From assembly GCF_009914755.1 (NCBI RefSeq), contig NC_060925.1: DNA of 64,000 nt. One strand, 5' to 3'. Source of the DNA: the human T2T-CHM13v2.0 reference genome, Homo sapiens. Below the pieces are notes generated by a model. It was not told where the DNA came from. It did no database searches and was given only the letters and a program-made list of their open reading frames with translations. Shown here in pieces: positions 13,647-28,824 of this stretch (positions are counted from its first letter, which is position 1; every line of letters begins with the position of its first letter). The translations under genes were made by a program, and so were the position numbers.

Positions 13647-15231
13647 CAAGGCATTGTTTAAAAAATACATATTGCTTTAAAAGGGCTTATTTTGACATTA
13701 CAGAAAAACAGATTAAGTTGAATTATGAGTCACAGGGTTGTAAGAGGCTAGCAATTTGATAAACATGCTATTTGTGGATAATGCTCATTATTAATGTTTG
13801 TTTGCTTGCATGACAGTATATACACTAGATATTAGTTAAAATAGCTCATCTTTTAAAAGACATTAACAATTCTGTGCTTTTTGTGATAGAAAATTAGATA
13901 GTATTATTTTACATTTTAATTGTACTGATGAGCTCATTTCAACCTGGTATTTATTTGGCTTGTCAAAACATTGTACCCAGGGAACAAACTATATTGATGT
14001 TGTTCGGATCTTCAGAGCATTATTTGCAGTTTTTTTAATGGGATACGCCAATACCTCTGGATATTCAACACCTGTCTTCCAGGGAGCTTAAAAACATTAT
14101 AAATATTATCTCATGGACTCTTCCTGCATTTCTAGGAGATAGGCAGGGATGGAAAATTTTAGAAGATAATAAAGAAAAAAATTTAACAGGAAAAGAAAGC
14201 ATCTATTAAGTCTTGATGTTTGAAATCACTGAAACTTATAATTATATCAAAGCATTTACTACTCAAAATATTTCAACTTTGGAATGTTCCATCTCTTCTA
14301 AAGATCAGATTTATATCATGCCATGCTCTGGGAAAGTTCTTGCTGTTTCAGGAATTCTCCTAGAGGCTGACATGGCTTGAGACTGAGGCCAAGAACACTC
14401 TGAAGATTGGCTCCATACTTTATTTTGTTATAGGTTGTTCAAGTGTCATTAATGATGATTTAACAATGAATTAGTCATACTACAATTTGATTAAATGTTA
14501 GGCACAGCTTTTTTAAGATGGGAAAATACTATTTAATCATTTAAGATAATTGTGAAGATTGAAACAGAACTCTGGTGAAATTCATAAATCACGTTGAATG
14601 TCATTTTCAAATTCTGAGGTCTTCATAACTTAGAGTGGAAAATCTACTCATTGATTCTTAACCGAAATCATTAGTCCTGTAGTAAATATTAGGGAACATT
14701 GTAAACTCATCCCACTCTTAGTAGTGAATAAAAGTGAATCATGCTTTTTCCATCTAGTGGGGTTGTGGAATCAAGAATATGTAGCACATTTTTTAAAAAT
14801 GTAACAGGAAATAATATAGGTAAAAGCATAGAATATTCATTTTTGTCTTATAAGAAGAAAGGAATCCTTAATCCTAGGAGGATTTATTCAAAAAAGCAAT
14901 CAAGCAATTTGCTGGATTTCACATCCAAAATATAAACAAATGTCACTCTTATTCTTGGTCACATTATATGTGATTTATTATATAATATTTTGAATCTGCA
15001 ATTTATAGACCAGGCATTGAGACTAGTGTTTTCCATACTGAATAGTGAAATTATGTTTTGCAACACATTTGGAATTTAGGAATTGTGCTTTCAAAACACA
15101 GATGATCAGCCGAATATGATATCTCTGGTAGTCATTTATAATGATTTGAAAGGCAGTTAGAGGTGTTTAGGATTTGTCTAGTAGTTCCCTGGTAGGAAAG
15201 ACGGGATTGCCCAGTCATACTAACTGTGTAA

Positions 15232-15562
<331 letters not shown>

Positions 15563-16111
15563 AGGAAGATCTTTTAACCTCCTTGTTATGAAACTCAGAT
15601 ATTAACTTTTTTTTTAATACTTCTCCATGTTAAATGAAAACAATGTTGTAAGGATACTAACCTATATACTGTATTCTTAGAAGTAGGAAATGCTTCACCT
15701 TTTTGCCATTAAGTTAAACATGATGAGTCTTCATGGCACCTCTTCCACTACTTTCAGTTGCCTTTTTATTTCTTCTTTGCATCTGTTCGAGTTTTCTGTT
15801 TCTTTGTTCATTTAAAAATTCTTTTAATGCTTTCAGTATGCCCAGCTATTCTGTTGGGTATGACTTACAGCAGTGAATAAGAAAATGTATGCGTCTTAAT
15901 GGACCTTACATTCTGCATTACCTGGAAGACAGGTGATAAAAACAACATAAACAACAGAAAATTTTTTGGAAAAAAACCTATGTACATCAAATGTATGTAG
16001 ATCAAGTGTGTCAACAATATGAAAGAATAGAAGTCTCACTTTAAACATAGTCACTCTCAAAGCTGTTTTCAAGAACATGTAGGGAAACAGTGGAGTTCCG
16101 AATATGTTTCC

Positions 16112-16487
16112 TGTTCTAGTCCATTTTCACACTGCTATAAAGAATTGCCTGAGACTGGGTAATTTATAAAGAAAAGATCTTTAATTGACTCACACTTCAG
16201 CACGTCTGGGGAGGCCTCAGGAAACTTACAATCATGGCAGAAGGCGAAGGGGAAGCAAGGCATCTTCTTTACAAGGTGGCAGGCAGGAGAAGTGCTGAGG
16301 GAAGGGGGAAGAGCCCCTTATGAAACCATTAGATCTCGTGAGAACTCACTCCCTATCATAAGAACGGCATGGAGAAATGGCCCCCATGATTCAATTACCT
16401 CCACCTCGTCTCTCCCATGACACATGGATTATGGGGATTACAGTTCAAGATGAGATTTGGGTGGGGACACAAAGCCTAGCCATATTA
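16112..16487 (-). mobile_element. THE1(D)-like MaLR solo LTR
   Basis: tgttctagtccattttcacactgctataaag..gagatttgggtggggacaca..catatta, 376 bp, with perfect 5-bp TSD tttcc (16107-11 and 16488-92). Confidence 0.9.
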
Positions 16488-16510
16488 TTTCCCTTAAAAT
16501 ACATTTTTAA

Positions 16511-16848
<338 letters not shown>

Positions 16849-17349
16849 TTATCAGGACATGATTCTAAAATTAAAATTATAAACTAAAGAAAATGCCATC
16901 TTAGCACAAATAAATGCCAAATCTTTGCTTATAATTAGGCTTTCATCAATAATAGTATTCTTACATCAGCCTCTGTGCTTAGATTCATTTATATGGGTAT
17001 GATTATATTTTTGTATATACAAGCAAGGTCTTTTTTAATGTGCCTCATCCTCAAAATATAAAATCTCTTGAACAATTCAAGAAGCTATGCCCAACACTGC
17101 CCAAATGTCTTTATTGCATTAGCTCCCTCTGTATAATAGAAACATCTCTTATCCCTGTAATTCAGCTATTGTGTGGTCTGTGGTCCACACTCTAAGAGTC
17201 TTACGGAATTCATCTAGCCCTGCAACCCATTCAATTTTCCCTCCCTATCTTCCTAGTTCTACTGAAGCCAAGATTTCATGGTCTATGTTTAAACACCTCC
17301 TCACTGGGAACATCTCTCACCTCTGCCCTAAAATAGGCAGATTTAGAGA

Positions 17350-18230
17350 ATTTAGCCCTACTGTCATAAGGCATTCATTGTTTGTAAAGGTGCTAGATAT
17401 GTACCCTCCTTGAGAGAATTGAGAATATACTCACTCAAAAATTGTTCTGACGGCCACCTGGCTTTATATTCTTCATAACACTTATCACTGTCTGCAACTG
17501 CATCATTTATTTGTCCATCAATAGTATAAGCTTCATTAAGAAGGCAGTTTTGCTTTGCTTCTTGCCGTACCCCTGTACCTAGAACAATGCACAGTATAGC
17601 ATACACTGTCTTGCTCACCAGGCATAGGTCTAGCAACCCTTGTTAAGCTCATCTCTTTGCTTTCTCCATATTTGCACCACAATATTGAGCAGCTGATCAT
17701 TTTTGTATGCAGGAAGGTCCTTAAAAGGACACCGACTAGTATCACGTTAAATTCATAAACCCACTGACAACTCAGTTTTTTTCCTCAACAATGTTACTAG
17801 ATTTCCCTTGCAAATTTAGCTTTCTCTATTTCTGAGATTTGTTTATATCATCCCTTCTCAAACCTTTGCAATCTTCCTGTTCCATTTACCGATGACTCTA
17901 ATGATAACCTCACCTTATACCTCGATGAGAAACAGTTACATGATTATACAGAAGCTCCCACACTTACCCACCATCACATCTGCAAACCAACAGCATCTGA
18001 ATCTGTATTTTCTGTGCATCTTTCACTGCAAGAGAAGGAAAACCCTGCTCTCATTAAAGGCAGATCTTTACCCACATGCTCTGGACCTGATACTTCTATT
18101 TTTATCCAGGAATCCACTCCTAGAGTTACCTCCCCTTCTCTCTCAACTTCAGTTGTACGTTTTCCTTCTGGGCTTGATTCCTTCAACAGCACTCAGATGT
18201 ACTCTATCTTACAGAGTGTGAAACCATAAG
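17350..18230 (+). mobile_element. L2 fragments
   Basis: The L2 tail (aagcttcattaagaaggcag..tacctagaacaatgc) lies at about 17450-17620, followed by pyrimidine-rich L2-like text. Confidence 0.5.
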
Positions 18231-18326
18231 AAGGGTGCTAAATATACACCTATGGCGAGGACAAGTCTTTTTAGTGACTGTTAATACTTGATTATTAGAG
18301 GAATGATTGGGGGGTGAGAGAGTTTA

Positions 18327-18789
18327 CGTATGTTTATTGCGGCACTATTCACAATAGTAAAGACTTGGAACCAACCCAAATGTCCAACAATGATAGACTG
18401 GATTAAGAAAATGTGGCACATATACACCATGGAATACTATGCAGCCATAAAAAAGGATGAGTTCATGTTCTTCGTAGGGACGTGGATGAAGCTGGAAACC
18501 ATCATTCTCAGCAAACTATCGCAAGGACAAAAAACCAAACACTGCATGTTCTCACTCATAGGTGGAAATTGAACAATGAGAACTCTTGGACACAGGAAGG
18601 GGAACATCACACACCAGGGCCTGTTGTGGGGTCGGGAGAGGGGGGAGGGATAGCATTAGGAGATATACCTTATGTAAATGACAAGTTAATGGGTGCAGCA
18701 CACCAACATGGCACATGTATACATATGTAACAAACCTGCACATTGTGCACATGTACCCTAGAACTTAAAGTATAATAATAATAAATAAA

Positions 18790-18839
<50 letters not shown>
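18327..18839 (+). mobile_element. Young L1PA (PA3-5-like) 3' end, 5'-truncated, tail converted to (TA)20
   Basis: Near-consensus L1 3' end (catgtaccctagaacttaaagtataataa); TSD agagttta at 18319-26 and 18840-47; (TA)20 at 18798-18837. Confidence 0.93.
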
Positions 18840-18842
<3 letters not shown>

Positions 18843-18899
18843 GTTTAAAGAAGGAAAAAAACACGACACGAAGAAATGGACACAAGCAAATTGGTAGTT

Positions 18900-19790
18900 G
18901 CGTCGTGGGAGGGAGTAGCATGTGATGAGGCCGAACGTGTATTCCTGGCTGAGGGACTTAGGCTTCATCCAGAAGTCTTGGGGAGCAGAAGTTGCTCTTG
19001 GGGAGCAACAGTTTCCCAGTGATCAAGGGATCGGTGGAGGCAGATTGGACTTGGAAGCAGGAGACCACTTATAAGATCGTTATGGTACGCTGGTAAAGAA
19101 ATGAGAAAGCCTTGGACTAAGGAAGTGGGGATGGTGCTGAAGAGAGAATAGCAGTGATGGTACTGAAGACAGAATAGCTGTGAGGGATAATAATAAGACA
19201 GAACCAAATGGACGAGGAGATGATGGATAGGTGTCTAGATTTTAGGTTTGAGTATCTGGGTGAGTGGGGGTACTAATCACTGAGATAGAGAATATGCATA
19301 GACGGAAAGATTTGAATGGTTGGCATGGTTACCCATATGTAAACACGCAAGTGGGCATGCCCAGTGGACATGTGGGTATATGAGCTGAACTTGGCATAGA
19401 GATCTGAGATTGAGGATTGGACATCATAAGCAAGGTGATTCTTGCATGGATGTGGTCACCTAGGAGGTTAAGAAAAATTAGATCCAGGGATAGTATTCTG
19501 GAGGAGAATAGCATTTTTAGGATGGACAGAGGAAAACCAGGTGTTAGTAGTCAGGTAGATAGGAAGAAAATTGGCAGATGAATTTGTTACGGAAGCCAGA
19601 ATTGGGAAGAGTTTCAGAAAAGGGCAAATGCGAATACTCATAGCAGCACATGTTCAAATGGACTGGGTAAATGAGGACTGAACAACAGCTAGGCTTGTGG
19701 ATATGAAGGTGGGGGTCAGTGGACGGAACATGTTTCTGGGATTGGCATAAGCAGACGCTGATTTTCTGAGCTTTTAACATAGAAGTGAAG
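18900..19790 (-). mobile_element. L2 remnant
   Basis: gcaggagaccactta, gagatctgagattgagga and gtaaatgaggactgaa motifs. Confidence 0.55.
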
Positions 19791-21000
19791 AACTAGTGTG
19801 CACAGCTCTTATTGCGGGACAACTGTAACTGATGCATACGTGTTGGACTGAACTCTTGAATCAGAGTTACTATAACTTAGCTTATCTCTATTTTCTGTCA
19901 CATATGTGACAAGAAACCATATGTGACATAGGATTTTTCTGTCGCAAAACCAACATATGTGATGGTTTTGTTTTTGTGCATGTGAGATGAAGACAACTAA
20001 TTCTTAATCTCCAGATGGTCATTCAGCATTTATTTACAATTTGGTGTTAAATTTTCTATTTTTTTAATAGCAGAAAATGTGGGATATAGAAAGATGAGAT
20101 AAATGTGATCACTGGGGACTCATGTTTTCCTAATATATCTCTCAGAACTCAGTACACTCCTTCCTTTTTTCTCTCTCTTTATTTTTGAATCTAATTTGTA
20201 GTTTGGACAAAGTATACACACAAAAAACATATTATCGCTGAACTATAAAGAACCTTAGGTGGAATGGATGACCTTTATATATGGATCTGCTCATGTTGAA
20301 GTCACTGGGAGAGAAATACAAGCCTGGTTCTCCTTTGTTGGCCTTCAGTGCTCCCTTAGTCATATGGTACATTTTGATAAGTGTGTATTTTAAAACTTAA
20401 GCTCAACTGTTTTTTTGGATGAATGGCAATTTCTTTAAAAAAAGGAGTGGGGGCTCTCTCCATGCTTTTACATAAAGTCCCTACCATGATTTTATAAATC
20501 AAAAATAGCTAATGGGATTTTTCACTGACCTTGCTCTTCATACTTCTACGCGCCTCCCCGCTTTTCCCAAACATTTCTTCTTTAAGCATAGTAAATTGTG
20601 GCTGAACTAGGGGAATAGAACCAAAATGAAAATGCATAAATCTGTAATCACATGCTTATAATTAAAAGAATGATGAAACCTCAGCTCTTAAATATACAGT
20701 CTGTAGTATTGGTAATGCTATACTTGAGAACAAAGAGATGCTGAAAGCAGTGGCTGTTGACTGTGCCAAAGACTGAAGAGCCTAGTAGAAGAGAATATCT
20801 TTCTCAGAAAGGAATATTCTTTATGCAGGGTGAGCATGTTTCATGTTGTACTTCTGTGTTTTTCTGAAAATATGATAAAGACACTTTTTCCAGTAATGAA
20901 AACAGGTATGTTTGATTTTTTGGTGTAATCTCCCTTCATTGACCATTTAATGTTGAAAAAGAAGCAAATTGTCTTTTAAGCAAACCGCTTTTTACCATTG

Positions 21001-21075
21001 TGAATTTGGTGTGATTTGTTGTAGATTTTTAAATTTTAATGAATTTGGTGTGATTTTCTGTAGATTTTTAAATTT
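21001..21075. repeat. 39-bp tandem duplication (about 1.9 copies, 2 mismatches)
   Basis: tgaatttggtgtgattt..gtagatttttaaattt at 21001 and 21040. Confidence 0.9.
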
Positions 21076-21764
21076 CCCTTTTGGAGAGAAAAACCAAAAC
21101 ACTTGCCCTGCTGGTAAATCATGGGACTTCGTCCAAGCCCTTGCTTGGCCCCTCCCAGTTTTAAGCTTGAATGAGGGCAGGTCTCTGGGACCCTGCCCCT
21201 TGCAGCAGGAGCATCTTGTCTCGTGTGCGTGCGTGTGCATGCATGTGCAAATGTTCCCTGAGACCCAGGACAGAGGCTGCATCCTAAGGGCTGGTTTTAC
21301 CCTCTTTTCATTCTGTATGTCCTCCCCCACCTGCCTGTGAAGCTCTCAAGGTCCTGCCAGCTCTACACGTCCCCAACTCTTTTTCTCCCCTCCCTTTATA
21401 CTAGGGGTTCAGAACTTCCAGCCAGAAGCCACTGCCCTTGTACTACCTTGTCCCCAACCCCTTTGTCCCCTCTGCCCCCCAGCCTGCCTCCTGCCTGATG
21501 GCTCAGGTGTCCCCATGCTGGTCATGCTGGCTCAGGCTGCAGGAGCAAGCCTGGGAGACTTCCCTGCCTCTGCCACTTTGTGTGGGTAATTGTGCTTTAG
21601 GGGAAAGTGGGGGGTTCAGTAAATTTCTGGTGCACTAGTGGGAAAAAAAAGGTCATAGGATAACAATTATTAAACCTTAATGCTATTTCTGCTGTGCTGA
21701 AGAATGAAGCAAAGCCATTTATACTCCAGGCAATTTTACTTTCGTGACTCTTTAGGTCAGTCTG

Positions 21765-21870
21765 AGCAGCCATTATTATCCTCATTTTACGATGAGGAAA
21801 CAAATTCTCAGAGGGCTCATTGCTTGACTGAAATACAATAGATGGCAAAGTCAGGCTGGAACCAAGATCT
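21765..21870 (-). mobile_element. MIR remnant
   Basis: attattatcctcattttacgatgaggaaac. Confidence 0.65.
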
Positions 21871-22771
21871 TTTAAAGGAGGCTGGAGCAGTATTTTAATT
21901 TAAAAATCATTGTAATATAGTAAGAGACCCAGATAGGGCCGTTTTGTGGTGTCAGGTGGTAGAAACCATAAATACAGATGAAATCCCATGTAAGATAATC
22001 AATTAAACTCAAAAGTCACCAATAACTGGACTGCAAAATGAATACGCTTTTGTATTAGTGCAACATTCATGCGGACACCGTGAACCAGACGGACAAAACT
22101 CTTTCCTCTCTTGTAGTGACAAATGATGATTCCATTTTAAAGGTACCTTTCTTGCCACTCTTAACATTTGAGAAGCATGAATTTGAAGTGATTCTTCTGG
22201 AAACAAAAATAGTTTATATCACCACTTCTCTCTGAGGGTTAGATTTCCAGCAGCCACAATCATTCATTCCACAACCGTAGATGAGACTTGATCAAAGAGC
22301 CTCTGAGGAGTGACAGGGAATCGATTCCATATGGGAGTCCCTAACCACCGCCTCCTGCATATTTCCAGTCGGATGCTCCCACTGGCACCTCACACTAAAT
22401 ATCTCCATAATGTGTTCCATGCTGTGTCTTCAGCACCTAGTACGTCGCAGACTCCCAATAAACATTTACTTCACAGATGAATGAATGAAGGAATGACTGT
22501 CAATTCAACACAAGCATCTCAGTTCTTCTGCTCCGCTTGTGTTCTCTAACACTGTAAGTAGTGCTACCACCCATGTGATTGTCTAAGACAGAAAGCTTGG
22601 CCTCATTCTTCATTTCTCTATGAATGAGTGCTGGGAATGTTTAAATAATGCATGTATCTATTATAAAATACAGGACCATAATGGAATGTAAGTCTTCTCA
22701 CTATTACTGTTCTCTACTTTAACCAATGTTGTATTTCATTTCTAGCCTTCCAGAGATAATTTGCATGGATA

Positions 22772-22902
22772 AGCATGTATGTGCATATATAGATATAGAT
22801 ATATACACATATACATACATACATACGTGTGCATATATATACATACATATGTGTGTGTATATATATACACACAGACACACATATATATACACACACACAC
22901 AT
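22772..22902. repeat. Compound (TA)/(CA)/(TG) alternating purine-pyrimidine microsatellite
   Basis: Read directly; it is the source of the low-complexity ORFs at 22714-23101. Confidence 0.9.
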
Positions 22903-23147
22903 TTGTATTTATATAGTTTTTACTAGTGGTTACATGCTCTATATGTCTTTCTGCCTTTTGCCTTTTCATTTCCATTATGAAATATTTTATATTTCTTTGT
23001 TTTATATTTTCTATATAGAGATAACTATATGCAAGTGTATATGTTTTAGATACACACATACATACAACATAAAATTTTGTACTATATTCATTTTATGTTG
23101 AACACAAAAATAAAACATTTTATTATTCATACACTATTTATGTGAGA

Positions 23148-23650
23148 CAGCCAATTCTCCTCATTTTCTATAGTTAGGTTTTATAGAGTCACTGCGAACA
23201 CTGAATTAGTGAATATGGAACCATTCTTCTATGGGGAAATACAAGTTTAGGTGCCTGCAAGCCTGTGGTCATATTCTTGTCAACTAATTCACTCATAACT
23301 TTGTCTTATGTGTGTTTATGTTTAATGACACCTTAGCTAATAATATACATTGTTCATTCATTAATGTTGAACTCATGGCTGGCAACACTGTTACTCATGC
23401 CTTAATGAACTTTACTTAACACATGTATTTTCTCCATAAGGTACATCACAGCCATCTTGCACATAGGAACACTAGCTAACAACTGAGCACTCTGCTTGGG
23501 GGCCATTTAAAACAGTGAAATTACCAAAAATCCCATAAAGATGTGGAAAATGTGGCACAAAATAGATGGTGACAAGGGCACTTTTCACAGTGTAAGAGCT
23601 GAAACAAGAAGGCAGAGTGTTACCTTGCAAAACCTCAGCTGGAAACATGC
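23148..23650. mobile_element. MER82-like Tigger-family DNA transposon, partial
   Basis: gcgaacactgaattagtgaata..ggggaaataca..gagctgaaacaagaaggcagag matches the consensus as I recall it. Confidence 0.65.
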
Positions 23651-24104
23651 TAGTTTATATAACAAAAATAAGGTTATATTATAGATCTATATGCATATCT
23701 TATAACCTAAATGAGGTATAAAGATTTATCCCAATAGCCATATACACCCAGCTCACAGAATAGAACATGATCAATACCGGTCAGTCAGCTCTTCCATTTA
23801 TCTTTCTCCAATCTTATACCTGTGTCCCCTTCAGAAACAACCACTATCCTGAATTTTCTATTTATCATTCCGATGTTTATTCTTTATAGTTTTGCCAAAA
23901 ATGTAAATCATAACCAACGTATTGTTTACAATTTTAGGAACTTTGTGTGACTGGAAATATAAGCATACCCTGCTGCAACTTAGTTTTTTCTCCACTGAAC
24001 GTGGTTTTTGAAATTCTTTCATGTTTTTGCATGTGGTTCTATTTCATTAATTTTTATTCTATTGTAGGACTATAATAGCACAGATTGTCTATCCTATTCT
24101 ATCC

Positions 24105-24421
24105 TTTTTTTTTTTTTTTTTAAATTTGAGATGGAGTTTCGCTCTTGTTGCCCAGGTTGGAGTACAATGGCACGATCTCGGCTCACCGCAACCTCCACCT
24201 CTGTTTAAAGCGATTCCTCTGCCTCAGCCTTCCAAGTTCAGCCTTCCAAGTAGCTGGGATTACAGGCATGAGCCACCACACCTGGCTAATTTTGCATTTT
24301 TAGTAGAGGGGGGGTTTCTCCACGTTGGTCAGGCTGGTCTCAAACTCCCCACCTCAGGTGATCTGCCCGCCTCGACCTCCCAAAGAGCTGGGATTACAGG
24401 CGTGAGCCACCGCGCCCGGCC
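24105..24421 (-). mobile_element. AluSp-like with a 14-nt internal duplication
   Basis: gagtttcgctcttgttgccc diagnostic; tcagccttccaagt twice at 24224-24251. Confidence 0.95.
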
Positions 24422-25058
24422 CTCAATCCCTGTTTTATTGATTATGGACAATACTTATATGAACATTTGTGTTCACAATTCCTGATCCACATCCATACTC
24501 CCTTTTTGTGTTGCAAACCTAGGAGGTTTGCTGAGGTGTGGGACAAGTGAATCTTCTGCCTCGGAGGTAAAGTCAAAGTGTTTTTAAAAATGATTAGTTC
24601 TCATCTGCACTTCTATCGGCAGAGTTCCAATTGTGTTAAATCCTTACCAGCACCGAGTTCTTTGATTTTATTTTTTTTAGTTGTTTTTGACCCAATTGAC
24701 TCTTTAAAGTGGTATTTCGTTGAGGTTTTCACTTGCATTTTCCTGATTATTTTTGAGAAATCATGTGTTTTCACACATTTATAGTTGTTTCCTTTTCTCT
24801 GTAATGCCATTGTGAGTCTTTTGGCTGTTTTTTAATGACTTGTCTTTTACTTATTGAGTTATTAGGACATCTTTATATATTGAGGACATTAAAATGTGGT
24901 CAGATAAATTTTCCCAAGCCCTGCTCCCACTTTGGAGCTTGTCTTTTCATTTTTCTTTTGCTGACTATTGATTTTAAAAGTTCTTTATTTCTATGTAGTG
25001 ATATCTATCAACCTTTTTCTTGACGGTGCATAATTTTTTTGCCTTATTTAAGAAATCC

Positions 25059-25449
<391 letters not shown>

Positions 25450-26479
25450 TCAGTCTATTTGAAATTCATTTTTATCTATGATCTGCAATAGGAATCACAT
25501 TTAATTTTACGTCATATGGATAATGCTGTTTTAGTTGTTTAGTGCCATGTAAGGAATAAGCTGTTTTCTCTCTAATATGCTGTACCATTTCTATCATGTA
25601 GGAACTTTCCATATATGTATGAGGCTTTCTTGGGTTTTCTCTATACTATTCCATTAGCCTATTTCCATTATTTATCCTTATAACAAAACCTGTTACTATT
25701 CTATTTACTGTAGACTTCTAATAAGTCTTGAAATGTGAAAAGGCTAGATTCCTACCTTCTTTAGATTTATGCCTCCTCTTGGTAGTTTATTCTGCTATAT
25801 AATTTAAGAATTAAGTTGTTAAGTTCCACCAAAACAAAACTATTAGGATTCTGACACAATTACACAGGCTATAGATCAGACTGGGTAGAACTGACATCTT
25901 TATGATATCAAGGCTTTCTATCTATGAACATGGTACAGACTAGTGTTTATTTATGTTTCCTTTAATATCTGCCCAAAAAGTTTAAAATTTCATTAAGATT
26001 TCCATATGTTTTTGTACAAATATTTCTAAAGACCTCATTTTTGTTTGTATTTTGTAAACTGCATTTACTCTATTTTGAAGATATGTAAAATTCAAATAGC
26101 TTACATCTTACAAACTTGTTAAGCCCTCTTATTAATTTAACAATTTGAGATATTTAAAAAATTTCTCTGGCGATATCACTGCGAATAATGACAGTTTTAT
26201 GTATGTATGTATTTATTTGCTATGTAGTTTCTTTTTTCTGGTCATTTTGCACTGTGTTGTACCTTCAGTATAATATGGACAGAAAGAGTAGAAATGTCAT
26301 TTCACAAAGGGGCATAATTAGAGGAATACAAATAAATATTTTGGCCATCTTTGTAAACAAATTAACACAAATTGATTGGAGGTTTTCATATCATTTAATT
26401 TTCCCCTCTACTACTTTTCAAGTGATATTCTGTATCTTTATTCTTTTAGTGCCTATCTTGGATATATTGACACAGTTCT

Positions 26480-26816
26480 TTTTATTGTGTATATTTAAAG
26501 TGTACAACACAATGTTTATATATATATATATATATATAAACACAGAGTAAAATTATTCGTCAAGCAAATTAACATATTTTATCATTTCACATAGGTACCG
26601 TGTGTGCACGCGCACGCACCCTGTGTACTGCTGAATAGATAGATCTCTGGACATATTTATGCTACATAGCTGCGATTTTGTACACTTTCACCTCCATCTC
26701 CCCACTTCCCTCCACCTCCTGCCTTTTCTACTCTTTGTTTCTAGGCATGCAAGTTTTTTGGTTTTGTTTTTAGTTGAGATTTCACATATAAGTGAGATCA
26801 AGCAATATTTTTCTGT
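26480..26816 (-). mobile_element. L1MA-type 3' end
   Basis: tatatttaaagtgtacaac..caagcaaattaacata..gatttcacatataagtgagatc. Confidence 0.7.
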
Positions 26817-28469
26817 TAACACAATTATTTAGCAAAGTCTAAAGTTGCTGTTTTTACTTCCCTCTAAACAAATTCTTAGCATGTTTTAATGCTAATCTTA
26901 CCATTTGAATGCCATTCCTTTCCAGTGTTTTAGTTTCATTTTATATTGTCTGTTACCCCTAAAATATAGAATTATTATTTTATGTATTCATTTTTGGTTT
27001 ACATTTAACCAATACCATTGTCTTGGCTCACTATTCCTTCATATTATGCCGCCTTCTAAGATTATTTTTCTTCTTTCTCAAGTACACCCTTGAAAAGTTG
27101 CTTTGGTGTGAACTCCGGATTGTAAATTCTGTTTTTGTCTGTGTGAACATATCTTTATATCAAGCCTGTTTTTTAGCAATAGATTTGCTAATTATAAAAT
27201 TCTAGGTTCAAAGTAAATTCCTTTCAGCCGCCTGGAGGCCTCTGCTTTCTCTATTCCCTTGTTGCATTGACAACTCTACTCGGGTCCAATTTTTGCTTCT
27301 TTGTTTCTAATCTAAATTTTCCCTCAGGATCTTTTATGTTTTTCTGTTTCTCCATATGTTTGTTTTGGCTAATCATCAGGAGGCACTACCAACCCAAACT
27401 ATTTTAAAATAAATCCTTGCCTTGCATGTTAGGATCACACATTGGGCGTTTGGGGCCTAATGCAGTGTGGTTGCCCATGATGGGTAAGGGATTCCTATGT
27501 GAGAGAGTTTCCCCTTCCCCCAAAGCTACTGGTGAGGTGGATGCATTTCCTTAATGCCTGATTTAGTGGGGTGATTCTTTTCAATTTCTTCTTTTAAGAT
27601 GTCTCTGTGGTTATGTAGGACGATTTGAGGCCTGTTCAAAAATTTCCCATATGGCCTTAAAAACTAAAGTTCTAGGTTGCTAGGTTTAGCGATGTCCCGA
27701 GGAAGTTCTGGCTTGCACCTCTTTGGAATCCTGCTCCTGTTTGTTTTTATGGCCTCAGAGAATTTTCCTTATTTTCTATCCAACTCAGCCATGCATTCAA
27801 TATTACTTTACCCCAGCTTTTTTGTGTTCTTTGTTCTGAAACTTTTTGATATCTATAGTCTTGTTGAAATTAGAAGTCTATCTTGTTTTTTTCAATGAAA
27901 ATATATTTAAATAATTTTACATTAGTACGTTCTTCTTAATGACTTCATAGTATTTCACTATAAAAATGCACCCAAACTTACTTGCTCATTTCTCTACTTA
28001 CCCACCTTTTTTCTAAAACATTGTTTTCAAAAGCAAAAGATTATGGTAAAAACATGTGTGTATGTCTCACAATTCACATTTGGTACTGTACAGCCCGAAA
28101 TGTTGAGCTGCTGGGTCAAAAGCAGTATTAGCCTTATTCTTGATGCCTCCTTTTCTCCCATACCCTTGCCATCCTTGCTTTCCTTACCTCATCGTTGTTA
28201 AGTCCTGTGGCTTTGCTCACATGTGTCCACTCCACTCTAATCCCATTGCATCAACCTATCTCAGACCCAAATTATCACTTTTTTTCCTTAGGCTGACCGT
28301 TTCCTAACAGGTCTCACTTTTCCTCATCACCGCCATTCTGTTACCGTATAATCACCAATAACCTGATAGTAACCTTCAGTCTTCTGGAAAAGATTGAATA
28401 ATGTTAGTATAATAAATTATTAAAGTGTGCGACTACTCATTAAAATTTATGTTTAAAATATAGAGCTAA

Positions 28470-28824
<355 letters not shown>

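Noticed and set aside
13456-13759. ORFs ending in poly-lysine
   Set aside because: These are the real 93-nt exon read through into the intron and A32 tract, or an off-frame reading of it.
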